Shown here: in pieces, positions 17,532-26,152 of the stretch
How positions within the stretch are numbered: position 1 is the stretch's first letter
Layout of the letters: each line of letters opens with the position of its first letter
Assembly: GCA_050633245.1 (NCBI GenBank)
Contig: JBOEGD010000034.1
Coordinates: forward strand, 1-42,741
Reading direction: 5' to 3'
DNA: 42,741 nucleotides
Source of the DNA: Calditrichia bacterium
GTDB taxonomy: Bacteria > Calditrichota > Calditrichia > RBG-13-44-9 > J075
Notes under the pieces: generated by a model
Database searches by the model: none
Told to the model about the DNA's origin: nothing
Seen by the model: only the letters and a program-made list of their open reading frames with translations
Made by a program: the position numbers and the translations under genes

Positions 17532-18698
17532 ATGGTCTTAAAAACGCATTATATATCAAGCTTCTCGCGCATAATAAGAGCAGCTGCATGGCGATTGCTG
17601 CTTTTATGCTTCGTAATCTCCCTGAACCCTAGCGCCACATGCCAGAATCAGTTTAACATCAACGGGTATTTTAGCCAGGCCTTTGCAGCAAGTAATGGCA
17701 ATCAAATTTTAGGCATCCCTTCAAACGGCACTACAAATTACCGGAACGCAGCACTGCTCTTTTCCTTCAAAGCAGATGAAAAGCTCGCCGCTCACCTTCA
17801 ATTTCGTCATCGATTATACGGCAACAGTCCATTATCAAAACTCGAAAAAACGATTCAGTTCGATTGGGGTTTTCTCAGATATTCGCTAAGGGACAATCTG
17901 TCTATTAAATTTGGTCGCGTTCTGCTACCGCTGGGAATTTACAATGAAATTCGTGACGTAGGCATTCTACTCCCCTTCTTTCAGGCGCCCTTTACGCCAT
18001 ATAGTGAAGGCAACTTCACAGCAAAGGCCTTTGACGGCGCTATGCTCTCCTATTCGAATGCACTTCCCGGTAATTGGTCCGCAGAGAGCGATTTTTACTT
18101 CGGACAGTTTTCATGGATAGAATGGTTTCGCTATAGAGATCCGTTTACAAATTCAATTGCAGACTTTACCCGCAACATTTCTTTTCGTAAGGCACTTGGA
18201 AGCCGCTTATTTCTAAATAGCCCTCTGGAAGGGGTTCGCTTTGGCGGGTCTGTTGTTCATGGTAACATTTTATATATTCAGCCCGGCCGAAGCAACATTA
18301 ATGGAAAAGGTGAAGGATTAACGCTGGCTCTTCTTTCTGCTGACCTGACAAGAGAGACATATTATCTGCGTAGCGAATTTACCGCTCTCGAATCGACAAA
18401 TGCGAAAATCAAAGGCTTCTATATTCAGGGTGGCATTCAGCTACACGAAGCGATTTGGCTAAATGTTCAACACGATAATTTAAATATTGCTGACGCAGAC
18501 TTTTTTGGCGTCTTCATCCTTCAGGATGTCGATTACTATTCTGATTATATTGCAGGAATCAACTTTCACTACCGAGACTATATCATCAAGGCAGAGGGTC
18601 ATATTACTAAAGGTTTTGCGACTGAAGAACCGATTGACTTCAACGGGCCGCCTAAAAAGACCAATTTTATCATTCTTAGTCTTGTAACGAGCTTTTAA
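17532..18698 (+). CDS. Porin-like outer-membrane beta-barrel protein, paralog 1
   Basis: Signal peptide, NGYFSQAF, FDWGFL, GRVLLPLGIYNEIRDVGILLPF, IKAEGH, and C-terminal F. Confidence 0.75.
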   Translation: MVLKTHYISSFSRIIRAAAWRLLLLCFVISLNPSATCQNQFNINGYFSQAFAASNGNQILGIPSNGTTNYRNAALLFSFKADEKLAAHLQFRHRLYGNSPLSKLEKTIQFDWGFLRYSLRDNLSIKFGRVLLPLGIYNEIRDVGILLPFFQAPFTPYSEGNFTAKAFDGAMLSYSNALPGNWSAESDFYFGQFSWIEWFRYRDPFTNSIADFTRNISFRKALGSRLFLNSPLEGVRFGGSVVHGNILYIQPGRSNINGKGEGLTLALLSADLTRETYYLRSEFTALESTNAKIKGFYIQGGIQLHEAIWLNVQHDNLNIADADFFGVFILQDVDYYSDYIAGINFHYRDYIIKAEGHITKGFATEEPIDFNGPPKKTNFIILSLVTSF

Positions 18699-18708
18699 GG
18701 AAATAGAC

Positions 18709-19848
18709 GTGAATACTTTGACTAAACTTACAACAGTTATTCTTTTGCTGCTTTTGAACCTGCAAAGTCATGCTGAAGAAAAGTTTAAGCTACACGGACA
18801 CTATTCCCAGGGCTACGCCATTTCCAGTGGAAGCACAATTTGGGGAATCCCGGATGATGGCACATTCGATTATCGGTCCATAGGCCTACAATTCAGTTTT
18901 CATCCGGCAGAAAAACACAGCGTTTATTTTCAAATGCGTCACCGCAGACTTGGTCGTAATCCGCTGATGCGGGCTACAGATGATGTTTCCTACGACTGGG
19001 GCTTCTACAAATATGAATTTTCAGATAACTCCAGCATCCAGATAGGCAAAATGTTACGACCATTTGGCATTTATAGTGAGATTAGCGACGTTGGTGTTTT
19101 ACTTCCTTTTTATCAGGCGACTTACCCGCTTTATTTCGAAGGGAATTTTACATCCAAAACATACAATGGCGTGGCACTCTCTCATGAAATCGAATTCTGG
19201 GACGACTGGAATTTTCATGTGGATATCTTTGCGGGAGAATATCAGTTCAATGAATGGTATATTTTCAAAAATCCTCTCTCTGGTGAACGTGAAGAGCTTG
19301 TAGGTGAAGTTAAAGTACGAAACTCGATCGGGCTCTGGACCTGGTTAAATACCTCTATTGAAGGGTTTCGTATTGGAGTGGGTGGAAATCAAGCAGACTT
19401 CCGTGAAGGCATTCAATATGTTCAGAATGGCTTGATCGGCCACGAAAAGGTTCAGATATGGCATTCTTCCATCGATTTGACAAGAGCACGTTGGTTTTTA
19501 CGCTCCGAACAAAGCTATATATACATGTATACAAATGACTTCGACGGCTTCGGGAGCACAACCCAATTGTCTTTTGAACCGATAGAAGCAGTTCGGTTAA
19601 ACTGCCAGTATGAATTCTTAAACATCAGAAATGCACCTGTTGCGTCCGCAAGCGGCGCAACGCGTTCAGACTTTGATTACCACAGGGATGCAGCAATTGG
19701 AATTAGCTACAATAAGCAAAACAAATTCACTCTTAAACTAGAAACACATTGGAATAGAAGCCTTAGTATTGAGGAACCGATTTCTTTTACAGAAGAAAAT
19801 CCGCCCTCAACTTTCTACACCATTTTCAGTATCTCAGGTGCTTTTTAG
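18709..19848 (+). CDS. Porin-like outer-membrane beta-barrel protein, paralog 2
   Basis: GTG start after AAGGA, signal peptide, HGHYSQGY, YDWGFY, GKMLRPFGIYSEISDVGVLLPF, LKLETH, and C-terminal F. Confidence 0.75.
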   Translation: MNTLTKLTTVILLLLLNLQSHAEEKFKLHGHYSQGYAISSGSTIWGIPDDGTFDYRSIGLQFSFHPAEKHSVYFQMRHRRLGRNPLMRATDDVSYDWGFYKYEFSDNSSIQIGKMLRPFGIYSEISDVGVLLPFYQATYPLYFEGNFTSKTYNGVALSHEIEFWDDWNFHVDIFAGEYQFNEWYIFKNPLSGEREELVGEVKVRNSIGLWTWLNTSIEGFRIGVGGNQADFREGIQYVQNGLIGHEKVQIWHSSIDLTRARWFLRSEQSYIYMYTNDFDGFGSTTQLSFEPIEAVRLNCQYEFLNIRNAPVASASGATRSDFDYHRDAAIGISYNKQNKFTLKLETHWNRSLSIEEPISFTEENPPSTFYTIFSISGAF

Positions 19849-19926
19849 AATCTTCGCAATTCTGGCTAATTCAACATATAGATTTAGCCGACAATGATAC
19901 CAGACAACTATTTCAGGGAGGAAAAA

Positions 19927-20400
19927 ATGTCTGTTTTTAAAAACCTTACCACTAAAATCCTACTCGGTATGCTGCTCCTATTTTTTGCAGCCTGCAGTAG
20001 TGATGTGCCAACACAAACACAAACGCAAAACGAAGTTCCTGACGGCCTTGTAGGCTACTGGATCGGCACAAACTTTGTTTTTACCAGCCAGGCAGACAGC
20101 ACTATACAGGTTAATCTCGGACAATTTGGAGTGGTCTTTTCAGTCACTGTCAATCCGGATTCAAGCTACTCAAGCACTACGCAGTTTTTAGGCCAGACGA
20201 CCGTCGAGAATGGGGTTATCTCCATTCAACAAAACACTCTGACCTTCACGCAGCAAAGCGATGTTAATCGCAGCGGAACGTTTTCGCTTAATGAGAACTC
20301 TATGAGTATTCGTTTCGAAGAGGAAGCCTTTGACTTTGATCAGGACGGAACAGACGAACCTGCCATTCTTGATATTAACCTGGAGAAGAGCGTCCAGTGA
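19927..20400 (+). CDS. Lipoprotein, lipocalin-like beta-barrel with DxDxDG motif
   Basis: GGAGG SD before ATG 19927, lipobox FAAC, LVGYW motif, and FDFDQDGTDE. Confidence 0.75.
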   Translation: MSVFKNLTTKILLGMLLLFFAACSSDVPTQTQTQNEVPDGLVGYWIGTNFVFTSQADSTIQVNLGQFGVVFSVTVNPDSSYSSTTQFLGQTTVENGVISIQQNTLTFTQQSDVNRSGTFSLNENSMSIRFEEEAFDFDQDGTDEPAILDINLEKSVQ

Positions 20401-21545
20401 AAGCACCCTTTATTAAAGGAACAATAATCGCCGTTCTACTGCTTCTGCTGATGTGCCTCTCAAGTGCAAGCGCACAGCAGAAGCTGCATGTTCATGGTTA
20501 TTTTTCTCAAGCATATGCGATTTCTGATGGGAATTCCATTTATGGTATTTCATCGAATGGAACGGTGGATTATCGCAATGCTGCATTGCAGTTCAGTTTT
20601 CAACCTTCACAGGCAAACCGGGTCGTCATTCAGGTAAACCATCAGAGGATCGGCCAGAGTCCGATTATGCCTTTAAAGGAAGACGTAGAGCTGGATTGGG
20701 GAATCTTGGAACAGCGTTTGAACGACACGTTTACCCTGCGGGCAGGCAGAATTCTGCTCCCCCTGGGCATGTACAACCAAATGCGTGATGTGGGGATATT
20801 GCTACCGTTTTACTCCGTTCCCTTTTCCCCATATGGTGAAGGCATCTATACAAGTGAAACCGTTGATGGGTTCTCTGTTTCGGTATATAAAGATGTTGGG
20901 GAATCCAGCTCTATAGAAGCAGAGGTTTATTTTGGTCAGTGGAAATGGGCAGAATGGTATATACTAGACAATATCTTCGGTGGTCCACAAATAGCTGTAG
21001 CGGATGAGGCTACCATACGTGCTGCTCTTGGTGCCTGGCTTTGGTTCAATACACCTGTAGAAGGCCTGCGGCTTGGTAGTGGTGGTTTTAGCGGCAATGT
21101 AGAGGATGGCATACAATTTCAGCCGGACGAACTATTGGGACCACAACGTATGGGATTGATCGCCGGAGCGGTTGATTTTACTCGCAGCCGCTTTTATTTA
21201 CGGAGTGAAGTAAATGCCTATCAGCTATTTAAAAGCTCGCTGACTGCAGTGGGTGGCTATATCCAGTTTGGAATACACATAACAGATCGACTCGAAATTA
21301 ATTCGCAAAACGAAACCACCCACGTTAAAAATTTGATAGCGATTCCAAATACTCCTGCAAAGGATGTTGAATATAATCGTGACTTTGCGTTAGGAATAAA
21401 GTTTTCACCAACTCACTTCCTCGCGCTAAAAATCGAGGGGCATCTAAATAGGGGGTATCTTGCAGAACAACCTCTGTCCGAGATTCTGTACAACAGACCC
21501 TATAAAACACGATATGCAATACTTAGTTTATCCGTTGGCTTTTAG
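20397..21545 (+). CDS. Porin-like outer-membrane beta-barrel protein, paralog 3
   Basis: GTGA overlap with the upstream gene, signal peptide, HGYFSQAY, LDWGIL, GRILLPLGMYNQMRDVGILLPF, LKIEGH, and C-terminal F. Confidence 0.75.
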   Translation: MKAPFIKGTIIAVLLLLLMCLSSASAQQKLHVHGYFSQAYAISDGNSIYGISSNGTVDYRNAALQFSFQPSQANRVVIQVNHQRIGQSPIMPLKEDVELDWGILEQRLNDTFTLRAGRILLPLGMYNQMRDVGILLPFYSVPFSPYGEGIYTSETVDGFSVSVYKDVGESSSIEAEVYFGQWKWAEWYILDNIFGGPQIAVADEATIRAALGAWLWFNTPVEGLRLGSGGFSGNVEDGIQFQPDELLGPQRMGLIAGAVDFTRSRFYLRSEVNAYQLFKSSLTAVGGYIQFGIHITDRLEINSQNETTHVKNLIAIPNTPAKDVEYNRDFALGIKFSPTHFLALKIEGHLNRGYLAEQPLSEILYNRPYKTRYAILSLSVGF

Positions 21546-21554
21546 AGCGATATC

Positions 21555-22022
21555 ATGAGAATACATATGAAAAATACACTAAAAAAATTGGCCTTCATTT
21601 TCATTCTGCTTCCGTTGACTTTCTCCGCAACAAAAGATAACAATGCGGCTGAGAAATTCATCGTAATTGTTCACGCAGAGAATACGCTGGAAACAATTTC
21701 GCGTAAAAAACTCAGCAAAATGTTTTTGAAGAAAACTTCTCGGTGGGAAAGCCAAGACCTTATTGTACCCGTTGATCAAAAAATTGAATCTCCTACCAGA
21801 ATAGCCTTTACCACCACCATTCACAAAAAGAAGATCTCATCGGTCAAAGCGTATTGGCAAAAAAAGATTTTCACCGGAAGAGCTATCCCGCCAGTGGAAT
21901 TATCATCTGACAAAGAAGTGCTTAACTATATAGTAGAGAACCCTGGTGCAATTGGCTATGTAAGTGCCGAATGCAAGATTTCAACTCATTCAGTAAAAAA
22001 ATTGGCAGTCCTTTACAAGTAA
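21555..22022 (+). CDS. Small periplasmic binding protein (single-lobe PstS/PBP-like family)
   Basis: Signal peptide, FIVIVH, LSKMFL, YWQKKIFTGRAIPP, EVLNYIVENPGAIGYV; alternative start 21567. Confidence 0.8.
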   Translation: MRIHMKNTLKKLAFIFILLPLTFSATKDNNAAEKFIVIVHAENTLETISRKKLSKMFLKKTSRWESQDLIVPVDQKIESPTRIAFTTTIHKKKISSVKAYWQKKIFTGRAIPPVELSSDKEVLNYIVENPGAIGYVSAECKISTHSVKKLAVLYK

Positions 22023-22045
22023 TTCCTCAAGGTCTCAGGTAAATT

Positions 22046-23830
22046 ATGTTTAAAACACTCACCAGATTAGATATACAAAAGAAGATCATACTGATCCCGG
22101 TTATCGCCGGAGTCATTTTTTCTTTTAGTACGGTGATTATCCTGCTTATGAGCCAAAACAACGAAGAGAATGCGCAAAAGATCCAAAACTATTACTATCC
22201 ACTGCTCGCGCTAAATTTCGAAGTTGAAGAACGTTTTTCATTTATTCAACGTGAATTACAAGATGCTGTGGCTGCAGCAGATAGTGAAGCGGTTGCGGAA
22301 ACGGAACAGATATATAAGGGGCTGATCGATACATTAATGACTGGGGCCAGTCAATTTGAGGGTGAAAGAGACTCGCTTTTATTACTGCATGAAAAATGTA
22401 AAATTTACTTTGTTGTAGCGAGTTCAGTCAGCTACCGTCTGATTTCAGAACGAGCTTCAAAAAGCCTGATCGATGATATCGAACACATGTCTTTCTTATA
22501 CAATCAGCTGACCAATTCAATTGTGAGAGCATCCAATCGTCATCGGGAAGCCATTGAGTCGCGCTTTCTAAGCAATCGTGCGAACTACTCACGTCTCCTC
22601 TGGTTCAGCTTTTTACTGACCTTTTTTGGCCTCACGTTAATTATTGTCATTTCTTATATAACTACAAAGTCTATTACAAAACCGCTATCGAAACTTGTTG
22701 AGCTGGCGAACGTGGTAGCTCAAGGAAAATTCAACACTCCGGTAACGGTTAGCGGCCAGGGAGAAATCGGCGTACTTGAACAAGCATTCAACAAAATGAC
22801 GAAGGAGATTGGAACGCTGATCCGTGAAAAGGACAAGGCGTTTCAGACCGTTATTTTATCAAAGAGCTTCATTGAGCAAAATGCACAAAAGCTGGAGAAT
22901 TTAAACAGTGACTTGAAAGTGGAAATTGATGAACGCAAGAAGGCAGAAGCAAAATTAAATGATCATCAGCTTCGACTGGAAGAGAAAGTTCGCGAGCGCA
23001 CCGCAAAGTTAAGTACATTAAACCTGAACCTGCAGGAAGAAATTGAAACCCGCAAGCAGTTCGAACTTAAGCAAATGCAATTAAACTCGGCGCTTGAAAG
23101 TGCGAATCAGGAACTCAAAAGTTTTGCCTATGTCGTTTCTCACGATCTTAAAGCCCCACTTCGGGCAATTGGCTCACTGTCAGACTGGTTAGCCAACGAT
23201 TACAAGCAACAGCTGGGAGATGAGGGAAAAAACCTTCTAAACCTATTGGACGGGCGGGTCATTCGAATGCACAATTTAATTGAGGGCATACTCGAGTATT
23301 CCAGACTTGGTCGTATTCGCGAAGAGAAATCTCGCATCGATTTAAATGTGATTATGGAGATCGTCCTCGACGTACTCGCTCCACCGGCACATATACAGGT
23401 CTCAATACCGAATAAGTTCCCATCACTGGTATTTGAACGCACGCGGCTTATACAGGTTTTTCAGAATCTTATTGGTAATGCTATTAAGTATAATGACAAA
23501 CCAGAAGGGCGGGTCGACGTTGCATTTACAAAAAGCGAACGCAACTGGCTCTTTAGCATATCGGACAATGGAGTCGGAATTGATCAAAGGCACTTTGGTA
23601 AAGTGTTTCAAATATTTCAGACCTTAAAGGCACGCGATGAATATGAGAGCACCGGCGTTGGTCTAACACTAGTGAAGCGCATTATAGAGATGTATGGTGG
23701 TGAGATTTGGATAGAATCTGAACTGGGTATTGGCACGACCTTTTTCTTCACAATACCTATTACCGAAGGTGATGAGATTAAAAGGGCAAAGGAAGTAAAA
23801 ATACAACCTCAGTTGCCGGAGAGATCTTAG
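22046..23830 (+). CDS. Membrane sensor histidine kinase (2 TM, periplasmic domain, HAMP, coiled coil, HisKA, HATPase)
   Basis: HAMP motif ITKPL...GEIGVLEQAFNKM, H box SHDLKAPLRAI, QNLIGNAIKY, DNGVGI, STGVGL. Confidence 0.95.
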   Translation: MFKTLTRLDIQKKIILIPVIAGVIFSFSTVIILLMSQNNEENAQKIQNYYYPLLALNFEVEERFSFIQRELQDAVAAADSEAVAETEQIYKGLIDTLMTGASQFEGERDSLLLLHEKCKIYFVVASSVSYRLISERASKSLIDDIEHMSFLYNQLTNSIVRASNRHREAIESRFLSNRANYSRLLWFSFLLTFFGLTLIIVISYITTKSITKPLSKLVELANVVAQGKFNTPVTVSGQGEIGVLEQAFNKMTKEIGTLIREKDKAFQTVILSKSFIEQNAQKLENLNSDLKVEIDERKKAEAKLNDHQLRLEEKVRERTAKLSTLNLNLQEEIETRKQFELKQMQLNSALESANQELKSFAYVVSHDLKAPLRAIGSLSDWLANDYKQQLGDEGKNLLNLLDGRVIRMHNLIEGILEYSRLGRIREEKSRIDLNVIMEIVLDVLAPPAHIQVSIPNKFPSLVFERTRLIQVFQNLIGNAIKYNDKPEGRVDVAFTKSERNWLFSISDNGVGIDQRHFGKVFQIFQTLKARDEYESTGVGLTLVKRIIEMYGGEIWIESELGIGTTFFFTIPITEGDEIKRAKEVKIQPQLPERS

Positions 23831-23858
23831 CAATCAATTAATGCTGTAGGAGAACATC

Positions 23859-26138
23859 ATGGAAGATGACAAGATAAAACTACTATACGTTGAAGATGAC
23901 CTGATAGATCAGATGGCATTAAAACGTACTCTGGCTCAAAATTCACTTAATTATGATGCGTCGTTTGCCACTTCCATAAGCGAGGCCGGAAATGTTCTTC
24001 AATCCCACAATTTTGACGTCATCATTACAGACTTCAATCTGGGTGATGGAAACGCTTTCGATTTGTTCGAGCTTGTAGATGATACTCCGATCATGGTTGC
24101 AACCGGTGCAGGTGATGAAGAAATTGCAGTAAAAGTAATCAAGTCCGGCGCTTACGATTATTTTGTAAAAGATGCAAATCGCAAATATCTCACAATGCTA
24201 CCAGTTGCTGTAGAGCAAACAGTTAGTCGACATCGCGCCGATCGTCGATTTCGCCTACTTTCAAATGCCTTGAAAAACATCAAAGATATGGTTTCAATTA
24301 CCGACATTAATGGCACCGTCTTATTCATTAATCAAGCCTTTATTGAGGATTTTGGCTATCGTGAAGAGGAGATTGTTGGTCAGCCTTTAAGCATTATCGA
24401 TGGTGGTAAACATTCGATGCAGAAGATTTATGAGCTAATCACTGAAGACCCGAGCGAAGGCTGGCAGGGAGAAGTTCGGCAAAAGCGTAAAGATGAGTCT
24501 ACGTTTCCGGTATTTCTGTCCACTTCAGCAATTAAAACCAAACGAGGTGAACCACGCTATTTTATCAATGTTGCAAACGACATTTCTGAACGCCAAAGAG
24601 AGGCGAAGGCATTAAAAGTAGAGAAGGAGCGCCTCTCAACCACATTAACCAGCATTGACGTGGCAGTTATTACCACCGACGATAGCGGCAGAATTCTTAT
24701 CTTTAACCGTGCGGCGGAAGAAATTACCGGCTGGACTTCAGTTGAGGCGATCGGAAAACTCTATTCCGAGATCTATCAAAAACCGATTGAAAAGGACAAT
24801 ACGCCACAAGTCCAAAAGCCTGTCGAATACGTCTTAGAAAACGGTCGTGCCTGCGGTTCGACAACCCCAACTAAGATTATTAATCGCATGGGCAATACGA
24901 AGCAAGTTACGCAAACGGCAACACCGCTAAAGCTTGGAAACAACGATACTGTTGGCGTCTTGCTTACCTTTCGGGACGTTACACTGCAACAGAAAATGGA
25001 AGAAGAGCTGCAGAAATCTCAAAAGCTGGAATCACTTGGCGTTCTTGCCGGTGGCATTGCTCATGATTTCAACAATATTCTTACAGCTATTTTGGGCAAT
25101 ATTTCCATGGCGAAAATGCACGGTAAAAAGGCCCCGGAGAAGACCGAGCGTTTCTTGCAGCAGGCGATTAAAGCTGCGGAACAAACTCGTGCCCTTACCA
25201 ATCAACTCCTGACTTTTGCCCGTGGAGGGAATCCCATTAAGGAAAATGCTTCAATTGTCGACTTGGTTCAGGAAAGCAGTGACTTTGTTGCCCGAGGAAG
25301 CGGCGTACGCTGTAAATACAACATTGACGACCGAATAAGCGTTGTTGCAATGGATGTTGGACAAATTAGCCAGGTCATTAATAATTTAATTATTAACGCT
25401 ATACAAGCGATGCCAAAGGGCGGTACCATTCGTATTTATGTAAAAAACATTGCCTTTGCTGAGAATGACTCCGCTCGACCAAGCGCCCTAAAGCCCGGCG
25501 ACTATGTTTCAATTGCTATACAGGATCAAGGCTCAGGGATTCCAGAAGATGTATTGCCAAAAATATTTGATCCTTATTTCACCACAAAAGAAGCAGGTAA
25601 TGGATTAGGACTTGCAAGTTGTTACTCAATCATACGAAAGCACGAAGGTCAAATTGAGGTGGAATCTACCCCGAACGTTGGAACAACTTTCACGCTCTAT
25701 CTGCCTGCATCGCAAGAGCAGTCGATAGACGCTATTGAGAAGGAGGAGAACACGCTGGTTAAGGGTGAGGCCAAAATTCTGTTTATGGATGATGAAATTT
25801 TTATACGCGATATTGCAGGAGAAATGCTGACCTATCTCGGCTTCGAGGTAGCATTTTCAGCAAATGGCGATGAGGCAATTAAACGCTATCGTGAAGCAAT
25901 GGATGAAGGCGAGCAATTCGACATCGTTATGCTGGATATAACAATTCCGGGCGGCATGGGAGGAAAAGAAGCCATTAAGCATTTAAGAAAGATAAACCCT
26001 GATGTGAAGGCAATTGTCGCAAGTGGTTATTCCAAAGATCCTGTGATGGAAAAATATCAGGAATACGGCTTCAGTGGAAGAATTCTGAAACCATTTGGAA
26101 TTAAGGAGCTGAACAAGGCTTTTAAGGACTTGAATTAA
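23859..26138 (+). CDS. Hybrid kinase REC-PAS-PAS-HisKA-HATPase-REC (CckA-like)
   Basis: LLYVEDD N-terminal receiver, two PAS/PAC units, AGGIAHDFNNIL, FDPYFTTK, and C-terminal receiver ILFMDDE...MLDITIPGG...KPF. Confidence 0.95.
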   Translation: MEDDKIKLLYVEDDLIDQMALKRTLAQNSLNYDASFATSISEAGNVLQSHNFDVIITDFNLGDGNAFDLFELVDDTPIMVATGAGDEEIAVKVIKSGAYDYFVKDANRKYLTMLPVAVEQTVSRHRADRRFRLLSNALKNIKDMVSITDINGTVLFINQAFIEDFGYREEEIVGQPLSIIDGGKHSMQKIYELITEDPSEGWQGEVRQKRKDESTFPVFLSTSAIKTKRGEPRYFINVANDISERQREAKALKVEKERLSTTLTSIDVAVITTDDSGRILIFNRAAEEITGWTSVEAIGKLYSEIYQKPIEKDNTPQVQKPVEYVLENGRACGSTTPTKIINRMGNTKQVTQTATPLKLGNNDTVGVLLTFRDVTLQQKMEEELQKSQKLESLGVLAGGIAHDFNNILTAILGNISMAKMHGKKAPEKTERFLQQAIKAAEQTRALTNQLLTFARGGNPIKENASIVDLVQESSDFVARGSGVRCKYNIDDRISVVAMDVGQISQVINNLIINAIQAMPKGGTIRIYVKNIAFAENDSARPSALKPGDYVSIAIQDQGSGIPEDVLPKIFDPYFTTKEAGNGLGLASCYSIIRKHEGQIEVESTPNVGTTFTLYLPASQEQSIDAIEKEENTLVKGEAKILFMDDEIFIRDIAGEMLTYLGFEVAFSANGDEAIKRYREAMDEGEQFDIVMLDITIPGGMGGKEAIKHLRKINPDVKAIVASGYSKDPVMEKYQEYGFSGRILKPFGIKELNKAFKDLN

Positions 26139-26152
26139 GCAAGGGTAGAGAT

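Noticed and set aside
21555-22022. pstS of a phosphate ABC transporter
   Set aside because: About half the size of PstS, and no pstCAB nearby.
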